Of a stretch of 64,000 bases of DNA, positions 1 to 7,575 are shown piece after piece. Numbering within the stretch: the first letter of the stretch is position 1; each line of letters starts with the position of its first letter. This DNA is from Dehalococcoidia bacterium (GTDB lineage: Bacteria; Chloroflexota; Dehalococcoidia; Lucifugimonadales; QGNO01). Both the position numbers and the translations under genes were made by a program. The stretch lies in assembly GCA_965248955.1 (NCBI GenBank), contig OZ252212.1, positions 66,668 through 130,667 on the forward strand, in the 5' to 3' direction. The notes under the pieces are model-generated. The model did no database searches. It saw only the letters and a program-made list of their open reading frames with translations, and had not been told where the DNA came from.

Positions 1-194
1 TTCACCAGGGGATGGGCTTCCAAGTGTTGCCAGACGGCGTTTCGCACGGCGCCGGAGCCTTTACCATGGACAATGCGTACCCTAAGGAGATTGGCTATGA
101 ACGCCTGGTCCAGATACTTGTCCAGCCTGTTCACGGCTTCTTGTACAGGCAGATGGCGTAGGTGAAGTTGGGAAGGGACAGATGAGAATGACAT
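1..194 (-). CDS. Smr domain protein (partial; runs off the window edge)
   Basis: Minus-strand ATG at 192-194. My translation MSFSSVPSQLHLRHLPVQEAVNRLDKYLDQAFIANLLRVRIVHGKGSGAVRNAVWQHLEAHPLV carries the Smr core (LxLHG-like ... IVHGKGSG). Confidence 0.6.
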   Translation of the reverse strand, partial: MSFSSVPSQLHLRHLPVQEAVNRLDKYLDQAFIANLLRVRIVHGKGSGAVRNAVWQHLEAHPLV

Positions 195-267
195 AGGCAA
201 GCGCGCTGACTTATTCCAAAAGTGATCCAAGGAAATGGTGGAGGCTTGCGCTACTCTGACCTATGCG

Positions 268-711
268 TCAGGCCAGCGACGCTTCTACGCTGAGTTCGAC
301 GTTGCCCTGCATGGCGCCCGAGATGGGACAGCCGTTCTTGGCGTCCTCCGCTGCCTGCCGGAACTCGTCCTCACTCATGTCCGGCACTTCGCCGACGACG
401 TTGAGCGCGCTGGAGGCGACTTTGGCGCCGCCCTGGAATAACTCGAATGTCACGGTGGCTTCGGCCTCGAGCCTGGTAGCAACCTTGCCGTCGCGTCCCA
501 GCCGAGCCGATAGCGCCATGCAGAAGCAGCTTGCGTGCGCCGCCGCGACCAGCTCTTCGGGGCTCGTGTTGGGGCCCGCGGCCTCGTCGCTGCGCGCTTT
601 CCAGGAGACGGGAAGCTCGTTGTACGCGCCTGACGACGATGCGGTGACTGTCCCGGTTCCGGATGCCAGGTCGCCGCTCCAAACGGCGTGCGCGGATCTG
701 GTAATTGCCAT
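268..711 (-). CDS. osmC: OsmC/Ohr family peroxiredoxin
   Basis: 147-aa ORF with a typical OsmC pattern (AVWSGDL..GTG, two Cys in HASCFCMAL and NGCPIS). AAGGAGG SD lies just upstream of the ATG. Confidence 0.85.
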   Translation of the reverse strand: MAITRSAHAVWSGDLASGTGTVTASSSGAYNELPVSWKARSDEAAGPNTSPEELVAAAHASCFCMALSARLGRDGKVATRLEAEATVTFELFQGGAKVASSALNVVGEVPDMSEDEFRQAAEDAKNGCPISGAMQGNVELSVEASLA

Positions 712-1211
712 GACTCCTCCTTGGGGATGGTTCCAAAGAATGTGGCCGCTCGTGGTGCGGCCGGCGTCAAGTATAAGTGGGGGCGCGCCGGCGGGTCAAC
801 GGTGGGGGGTTCTCCCTGATCTTCCATCGGCTATAATGGGTGTCCTGCGGTTGTGCATGCCATTAGGAGGAGTAGCATTGTGCTAAGCACGGTGATCTCG
901 GAGCCGTTGAGACGCTTTCTGTTGGAATGGGGAAACCTAGCGCCTTCTGTACCCAAGGCATAGGAAACTATCACCAAGAAAAAGGCCACGGACTTGAATG
1001 GTGCCCCATGACTGGTCTCGGACACCGACAGTCTCACAGGACATTGCAGCTATCCGTCAACGTCACGAACACCCGAACCCGCGGGGAAGGGTAATGGCCC
1101 CGGCGTCCTGGTCCTTGTATCCACAGAAGAGGCAAGGGTAGGGGATGGAAGGAGCCTGCCAATGGATCAGGCTCATCCTCATGATAACTCAATCGCTTCG
1201 ACTTGCTCACG

Positions 1212-2996
1212 TTAGGTGACTCTTCTTGGGCTTTCCTTCCACGTCACCGCCTGCTCCAGCATCTCAAAGGCATTGCTGCGAGTTACGCCGCTTTCGGAAC
1301 CCAGCATCTGACTAAGCTCCGTCACCCTGGCCTCATCGGTTAGAGTCTGCACCGAGGTCACGGTTCTATCATGTGAGGCAAGTTTTACAACCTTGGCATG
1401 AAGGTCTGCGTAGCACGCTATCTGCGGGAGATGGGTTACGCATAGCACTTGGTGATTCTTGGACAGACCCCATAGTTTCTGGCCCAAGACACCCCCGACT
1501 CGACCTCCTACACCTGCATCCACCTCGTCGAACACCAGGATTGGAATCCGGTCGGCGGTAGACAGGATAGTCTTTATGGCAAGCATCAGCCTGGCAGCTT
1601 CTCCACCGGAGGCGATCCTGGCCATGGGACGTGGCGGGTCGCCTAGGTTAAGCGAGACCAAGAATTCCACGGAGTCTATACCTGTGCCGTCAAAGGAGAA
1701 GTACCTGACACCTTCTCCATCTGAAGACGTGGGGTGTGGGCCGGATTCGCCGGTCTCAACTGGCACGCCGTCCTCCGAGTCTGATCGACGGATATCCACA
1801 TGCACCTCTGCGTGTGCCAAGGCCAGCTCGGCGACCTCCTCCTCGATGGCATTAGATAGGCGCTTGGCGACATGTCGTCTGGCCTCGGAGAGCTGACCTG
1901 TCAGTCTGCCGACCTGCCCGCGAAGCTCAACCTCTCGGGACTTCAGCTCCTCCGTGCGCTCTTCGCTCCGATACAGCTGCTCCAAGTCCTTGGAGGCCCT
2001 CTCACCGAAAGCCAAGATTTCCTCGATCGTGCTGCCATACTTCCTCTTGAGACCCCTGATCAAGTCCAGACGCTCCTCAAGCTCCTGAAAACTGTCCGGG
2101 TTGTACTCCATGCTGTCACGATAGCTGCGGAGTGTACGCGCCAATTCGTCTACCTGGTGAGTCAAGGCATCCAGCGACGCAAGGTCCTGGCTCAACGAGG
2201 GGTCCAATTGCTCCAGTTGGGCGATGTCCCGGGCCACCTGTCCTATGAGGTCTATGACTGATTCTTGCCGGTCGAAGCCGTCGTATAGTACTCGATAAGC
2301 GTGGTCGGACAGTGCGATAATTCGTTCCGCGTTGGCGGCCCGGTCACGCTCAAGCGACAGGTCTTCATCTTCAGCCGGGCGAAGATTGGCAGCGCCGATC
2401 TCTGCTACCTGATACTTCAGAAAATCCATTCTTTGAGCAAAATCCTGCTCTTCCTTCCGAAGCCGGTCTAGCTCCCTGCGCACCTCCAATAGCTGGCGGA
2501 CCTGCTTCGCTACCTGGGTCCGGAGTTGCCATAGCCCACCATACCTGTCCAGTATGTCCATGTGCTCGCGTACACGGAATAGGGATAAGTGCTGATTTTG
2601 GCCGTGGATGTCTACCAAATGTTCGGCCAGGGTGTTCAACAGTCGGAGAGGTACGATTCGCCCATTTACACGGCACGTATTACGTCCATCCAGGTTGACT
2701 TCGCGGGCGAGAATTATCTCCTCTTCGCCACTGTCAATTTCGTATTCATCCAGAGCAGCTTTGATTTTCTGAGCGATATCTCCGTTGAGCAGGAAGATTC
2801 CCTCTACCCTGGACTGGCGTGCCCCGGAGCGCACCATACCACCGTCGGCGCGTCCCCCCAGGAGAAGGCTCAGTGCATCCACGATGATAGACTTGCCGGC
2901 CCCGGTCTCCCCTGTCAGCACGTTAAAGCCGGGCGCCAACTCCATTTCAATCTGCTCTATAGTGGCAAAGTTGGTGACACTAAGAAGTCTGAGCAT
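1212..2996 (-). CDS. recN: DNA repair protein RecN
   Basis: 594 aa. N-terminal MLRLLSVTNFATIE..LTGETGAGKSIIVDAL Walker A, long coiled-coil middle, C-terminal ASGGEAARLMLAIK signature and ILVFDEVDAGVGG Walker B. Confidence 0.95.
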   Translation of the reverse strand: MLRLLSVTNFATIEQIEMELAPGFNVLTGETGAGKSIIVDALSLLLGGRADGGMVRSGARQSRVEGIFLLNGDIAQKIKAALDEYEIDSGEEEIILAREVNLDGRNTCRVNGRIVPLRLLNTLAEHLVDIHGQNQHLSLFRVREHMDILDRYGGLWQLRTQVAKQVRQLLEVRRELDRLRKEEQDFAQRMDFLKYQVAEIGAANLRPAEDEDLSLERDRAANAERIIALSDHAYRVLYDGFDRQESVIDLIGQVARDIAQLEQLDPSLSQDLASLDALTHQVDELARTLRSYRDSMEYNPDSFQELEERLDLIRGLKRKYGSTIEEILAFGERASKDLEQLYRSEERTEELKSREVELRGQVGRLTGQLSEARRHVAKRLSNAIEEEVAELALAHAEVHVDIRRSDSEDGVPVETGESGPHPTSSDGEGVRYFSFDGTGIDSVEFLVSLNLGDPPRPMARIASGGEAARLMLAIKTILSTADRIPILVFDEVDAGVGGRVGGVLGQKLWGLSKNHQVLCVTHLPQIACYADLHAKVVKLASHDRTVTSVQTLTDEARVTELSQMLGSESGVTRSNAFEMLEQAVTWKESPRRVT

Positions 2997-3060
2997 GGCA
3001 ATATCCGCACAAACCCTGACTGTCAGGCACAGTTTTTAGGTCCACATCTTTGCACTGGCG

Positions 3061-3681
3061 CTACACCTGGGAAAGCTCCCGGAACAGTTGATGCCAAGTC
3101 TCCGCAGGCTCTACTCCGTAACCTTCACGGAACACTATTACTCCATTCCTATCTACGGCTACCTTGGTGGACTGCTGCACAACATTGTACTGCGGAAGCA
3201 TGGCAGCCGGCGCCTTGGCCACAGGCCAGGAGTGGTCCTGTCCATCTCTGTACCTGACCAAGTCACTCAGTTCTTCTGTCGGATCAATGCCCAGGGCGTA
3301 GAAATCCACGGAGTCCTGGTATTCAGGGTAAACATCCTTTAGCAACCGTAACTCGGTGCGGCAAGTCGGTCACCAGGTGGTGAAGAAGAAGAGGACTACG
3401 GGGCGTCTCTGTTCTGTCAACTCGTCCAACTGGATGGGCTGGCCCGTGGACACCTCGGCCAAGGTGAAGTCAGGCGCCAGGTTGCCAACCCGGTTTCCCG
3501 TTGCGGAGGTTGGAGTTTCCGCTGCAACAGGTACGGTAACGTTCGGAGTTGGCGTATCTGTAGGCTCGACTGTAGTAGAGGTAGTGCCCACTCCGCTAGT
3601 GCAAGCTAGGTTGAACAACAAAAGAAGGGCCCCAAGGGCAACAGATAGCTTTTTAATTGCGGGGAAAAACATAGACGCCAT
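3061..3681 (-). CDS. TlpA/ResA-like thioredoxin-fold thiol:disulfide oxidoreductase lipoprotein, predicted selenoprotein (Sec at TGA 3370-3372)
   Basis: ORFs 3370..3867 and 3061..3345 share one frame (807 nt) and are separated only by TGA. Read-through gives ..PVVLFFFTTW-U-PTC-RTELRLLKDVYPEY.., the WCxxC redox motif with U in place of the first Cys. Likely start is ATG 3679-3681 (MASMFFPAIKKLSVALGALLLLFNLAC, signal peptide plus lipobox). SECIS-like hairpin downstream and selA nearby. Confidence 0.75.
3342..3359 (-). promoter_or_regulatory. SECIS-like recoding hairpin downstream of the in-frame UGA
   Basis: mRNA GCACCG-AGUUA-CGG(U)UGC forms a 6-bp stem with one bulged U and a GU-containing apical loop. 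It starts 11 nt 3' of the UGA at 3370-3372. Confidence 0.5.
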
Positions 3682-3898
3682 TATATCAGTTAAAATACAT
3701 AGGCAAGCTGAGTACTTTCTTCCCAATTGGCCAGTTTTTTGTAGCCTGCCGAGAGGATGCAGAGCATGGGACTCCCCAGATAGTTGTATCATCCGTTTAG
3801 CCAGATCGACAAGCTGTTGCCGGTCTGGCAGGAACGCATTGTAACCTTCAGTGAAAATGGGACACATGCGGTAAAAGCGATAAAAAAGGAGCCTGCGG

Positions 3899-4408
3899 AT
3901 GACACCTGAAATCAGGAGCGGAGAACTCCGGGTCAGATCTGCGAGAGAATGTGACCTTGCAGTGCTGACCGCCGCTCTTGAGCCAGGGGTTGGTGCGGCG
4001 CAGGTCAGCCGACGGCTTGAGGAAAGTCGACTCGGGTATCGCGAGATGCTTGTGGCCGAACTGAACGGACAGGCTGTGGGAACGGTCAGCGTGGGGGGAG
4101 TCGACTTTCAGAGACCGGGCTCATTACGTCTGTTCGCGCTCGACGTTGGAGAGTCCTACCGGAATCGTGGCATAGGAACGGCTCTGGTGAAGGCTGTCGA
4201 GGCTATGGCCGCCGATCGAGGCTTCAACAAAGTCAATCTGGAAGTTGCTATCGACAACGAGAACGCGATCTGGCTGTACGAGCGGCTGGGGTTTCGACGA
4301 CATGGAGACCCCGTAATGGACCGTTGGCAGCAGCAGCATGACGATGGGAGCAGTCAGATGATCGAGGTGCCATCATGGGTGATGACCAAGAAGTTGCAAA
4401 GACCATAG
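3899..4408 (+). CDS. GNAT family N-acetyltransferase
   Basis: 169 aa. Acetyl-CoA binding motif YRNRGIGTALV and a C-terminal NENAIWLYERLGF segment. AAGGAG SD 7 nt upstream. Confidence 0.8.
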   Translation: MTPEIRSGELRVRSARECDLAVLTAALEPGVGAAQVSRRLEESRLGYREMLVAELNGQAVGTVSVGGVDFQRPGSLRLFALDVGESYRNRGIGTALVKAVEAMAADRGFNKVNLEVAIDNENAIWLYERLGFRRHGDPVMDRWQQQHDDGSSQMIEVPSWVMTKKLQRP

Positions 4409-4595
4409 GGAGAGACCCAGCAGCGCTCTCCAGGAAGATCTCTGAGGCTGGCGGCCGGTAGCCCAGCGGGGTGTAGTGCGTGACTTAGTTATAGGTCTCT
4501 CGCAGCTGATCGCATGGATACTTGTGGTGGCACGACAAGGCTTGTCATTCGTCCGCGCTCGAAGGTGATCCCCATTGATGAACCCGCGCTTCCTC

Positions 4596-5270
4596 TCAAC
4601 CTAGGACAATGTGCCGCACCTCTGTGACGAAGTCGATAACGTGATCTGGAGGTTGGAGATCGACTGGATACTCTCTACCTCGCCGTATCCAGGCGGCCTT
4701 CATTCCAAAGCGCTTGGCTCCATCGATGTCGGCTAGAGGATTGTCTCCGATGAACATGATCTGCCCGGGACTCGTGAGTCCAGTCGCTTTCAGGGCATCG
4801 TGGAATATCCTCGGGTCAGGCTTGGCATAGCCAGCCTCTTCGGAAACAATAATGAATAGGGCGAGTTGATCCAAGCCCGCCGCCCGACATTTGCTGTGCT
4901 GGTTCCTTGATCCGTTTGTGACGATGCCCCACGGCACCTGTTGGTCGTTGAGATAGGTAAGGAATTGATTAACTTCCATGTCCGGCTGGACTTGTCGATC
5001 CATCGAGGAGCGGTACCATTCTGTCAGAGACTTCATGTCTAGACCTGCCTCTGGCCACTCGTTGAGCCAACGCGTAAGCATCTCTTCCCTATTGGAATAG
5101 CCGTAGGCGTCCCACCGAACCATCATCGCCACCGCATCGTCACGATTGACGAACGTCTTGGCACACAGATGCTCTTCGTAGAAGTTGCCAGCAACCCTTA
5201 GGAAAGTAGCCTGCCTATCGAGCAGGGTATCATCCAAGTCGAATACCAACCCGTCGACGACGGTGTCCAA
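4596..5270 (-). CDS. HAD family hydrolase
   Basis: 224 aa. HAD motif I FDLDDTLLD, motif II VTNG, motif IV FIGDNPLADIDGA. TTG start preceded by a GGAGG SD. Confidence 0.8.
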   Translation of the reverse strand: MDTVVDGLVFDLDDTLLDRQATFLRVAGNFYEEHLCAKTFVNRDDAVAMMVRWDAYGYSNREEMLTRWLNEWPEAGLDMKSLTEWYRSSMDRQVQPDMEVNQFLTYLNDQQVPWGIVTNGSRNQHSKCRAAGLDQLALFIIVSEEAGYAKPDPRIFHDALKATGLTSPGQIMFIGDNPLADIDGAKRFGMKAAWIRRGREYPVDLQPPDHVIDFVTEVRHIVLG

Positions 5271-5383
5271 AGCTTTTCCTCCGATTCCAGCAAGTGGCAG
5301 ATATTGGGGCAGAGTAGCACACCCCGTTACTACGGAACCTACAGGCTAGAGTCAAATTCAAACTGGCTACAAGGCCTTCCTCT

Positions 5384-6742
5384 TCATACCATTCCCGCCG
5401 CCAGCCTTACCGCCTTTACCAGTGCGTCCTCTTCCTCTGCCATTATGGTGCGGAGGTCCAGCACGAGCTTGTCGTCTTCAATGCGGCCAATTACAGGCGG
5501 GTCGGCTTGGCGGAGAGCGTCCGCCATTGCATCCGGGTTGCTGTCGAGCGCAACAAGCCAGGTGGGCAGGGTTTCACCGGGAAGGCTGCCCCCGCCGATG
5601 GTCGAGCGCCCCGGAGCAATGGAGGCTATGGGGCCAATGGCTCTCTGCAACGCCAGGGCACGCTCCTTCAGATGGGACTCTGAGGCGGAGATCATACGCC
5701 AGATGGGGATCTCCGTGACGGCTTCGTCTTTCAGGTAGTGCAGAAGTGTAGCGGCCAGTGCGGATAAGCTGAGCTTGTCTATTCGCACGGCGCGGGCCAG
5801 CGGATGTGCAGACAGCTTTTGCACAAGGTCCTTGTTGCCGGCGATTATGCCGGCCTGCGGCCCGCCGAGGAGTTTATCGCCGGAGAAGAAGGACAGCCCG
5901 CATCCTGCAGAGATGCTCTCTTGGACGGTGGGTTCATGGGCCAGGCCAAACCGGGACGCATCCAGCAAGCAGCCGGAACCGAGGTCGTGGAGGACGGGCA
6001 GATTGCGCTCTCTGCCCAGGGCTGCCAGCTCGGTGATCTCCGCCGAGTGTGTGAAGCCCGTAATGCGGAAGTTGCTGGCATGCACCTTGAGAATGGCGCC
6101 GGTTTCTTCACCAATGGCGGACTCGTAGTCGGAGACGTAGCTGCGGTTGGTGGCGCCGACTTCGACAAGTCGTGCTCCGCTCTGGGCAAGGACTTCTGGA
6201 ATGCGGAAGCCACCGCCTATTTCTACGGCTTCACCACGAGACACTACAACTTCTTTGTCCCGTGCCAGGGCAGCAAGGCCAAGCATAACCGCAGAGGCGT
6301 TGTTGTTCACTACCAGTGCCGCCTCTGCTCCGCTGACCTGGGTTATTAGTGAATTGACATGGGCCTGCCTTGATCCGCGCTGCCCCCGGTAGAGTTCGAA
6401 CTCCAGGTCGGAGTAGCCACTAGCTGCGTCGTTCATGGCCTGAAGAGCCGGTTTGCTCAGGGGAGCGCGGCCCAGGTTGGTGTGCAGGACGACTCCGGTG
6501 GCGTTGATGACTCGCCGGGGGCCGGTTGTCCATTGCCGGGATGCTTCCATGCACACGCTTTCCACTATCTGGGCAAGGTCTGGAACGGGGTCACCGCCTG
6601 AAATCGAGTAGCGGATCCCGTCCAGATGGTGACGTATCATGGTGACGACGGCTTCATGGGAGTAGGTTGCAACCAGTTGCTGCACCGGCTCTTGCTGTAA
6701 GACGGCGTCAATGCTAGGGAGGCTACGTAATCGGCTGACCAA
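5384..6742 (-). CDS. selA: L-seryl-tRNA(Sec) selenium transferase SelA
   Basis: 452 aa. Long colinear matches to E. coli SelA as I recall it: INATGVVLHTNLGRA, VVNNNA.AV, EVVVSRGE.VEIGG.FRIP, FSGDKLLGGPQAGII (PLP-Lys region). Confidence 0.93.
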   Translation of the reverse strand: MVSRLRSLPSIDAVLQQEPVQQLVATYSHEAVVTMIRHHLDGIRYSISGGDPVPDLAQIVESVCMEASRQWTTGPRRVINATGVVLHTNLGRAPLSKPALQAMNDAASGYSDLEFELYRGQRGSRQAHVNSLITQVSGAEAALVVNNNASAVMLGLAALARDKEVVVSRGEAVEIGGGFRIPEVLAQSGARLVEVGATNRSYVSDYESAIGEETGAILKVHASNFRITGFTHSAEITELAALGRERNLPVLHDLGSGCLLDASRFGLAHEPTVQESISAGCGLSFFSGDKLLGGPQAGIIAGNKDLVQKLSAHPLARAVRIDKLSLSALAATLLHYLKDEAVTEIPIWRMISASESHLKERALALQRAIGPIASIAPGRSTIGGGSLPGETLPTWLVALDSNPDAMADALRQADPPVIGRIEDDKLVLDLRTIMAEEEDALVKAVRLAAGMV

Positions 6743-6949
6743 ACGGGCCTCTCAAAGGGAGGATGCGGGAATTGTAGCATAGGAGGATACGGGGGCCGCT
6801 CGGCCAAGGATGGTGTCCGGCGTACATGGGCCGCCTGGTTGTAGCCTCTTTCAGCCTGATGGCAGTCTACCGGGTGATTTGTTCCAAACGTTATGTCTAG
6901 TACAAGGCTAGATTCGGACCACTTTTTTGCAAATATGGGAAAACAAATC

Positions 6950-7500
6950 CGATCCTTCGACAAGCTCAGGACAAGATATCGTAGTTGCATGGCTGGTTTT
7001 CGTAGCGGCTGCGGGTAGGCGGTTTTGAAAGGCATGTTGGACATGGAGAGAGGATAGCGCGAGACGTCGGGCATGGGGAAGGAGGGAGTGGCAGGGCTTC
7101 GAGTGCGGGGTGAGCGGCTGTGGGGGCCACACCCCGCCCCTGGATGCCCGTCGTCTCGGGCATGACGATAGGGGGCAGGCGTCGCGGGCATGACGGTAGG
7201 GGGCTAGTGGGGAAGGGGGCTGTTGCTTGCGCATTGGCCTGGGATTCTTCGCTGTGCTGAGCATGGCTACCCCCCCACAGCCAGATTGCTTCGCTACGCT
7301 CGCAATGACGAAAGGGGTGTGACTGGCTCGGGGCACTGTCGTTTCCGTGGAGACGGGAACCTACTCCCGCCCCTGGATGCCCGTCGTCACGGGCATGACG
7401 GTAGGGTGCTGCCCTGGATGCCCGTTCCCCGATCGGGGTCGGGGACAGGCTCCGCATCAAGTGCGGGGCAGGCTCCACGGGCATGACGATAGAGGCCCGT
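6950..7500. repeat. Cluster of short palindromic intergenic repeat units (REP/MITE-like)
   Basis: CGGGCATGACGRTAG occurs 4 times (7157, 7185, 7390, 7478). CCGCCCCTGGATGCCCGTCGTC occurs twice (7134, 7367). Also the hairpin CCGCATCAAGTGCGGGGCAGGCTC (7452-7475) and the GATTGCTTCGCTACGCTCGCAATGACG and TTCGACAAGCTCAGGACAAG units. ORFs here translate into repeat-derived low-complexity sequence. Confidence 0.65.
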
Positions 7501-7575
7501 GGCAAACGGGGGCTTGGCGTCGAGGCCTTGATTTCCCTATTCAGCCCAGGCGCTGTGGTAAAATGTGGCTCTGCT

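Noticed and set aside
1152-1174. Hairpin GAGCCTG-9 nt-CAGGCTC about 40 nt downstream of recN as an intrinsic terminator
   Set aside because: The stem is real, but on the recN strand it is followed by CTTCCATCCCC rather than a U-tract. I cannot support calling it a terminator.
3682-3867. N-terminal extension of the thioredoxin-like ORF (start at 3867, MCPIFTEGYN...)
   Set aside because: The extension has no signal or domain features. The internal ATG at 3681 gives a canonical lipoprotein signal peptide (lipobox LAC) directly before the mature domain.
4433-4520. GGAAGATC... stretch reminiscent of the 5' end of E. coli tRNA-Sec (selC)
   Set aside because: It has no complementary 3' acceptor strand, no U-UCA-A anticodon loop and no T-arm GTTCGA-type sequence. 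It cannot be folded into a tRNA.
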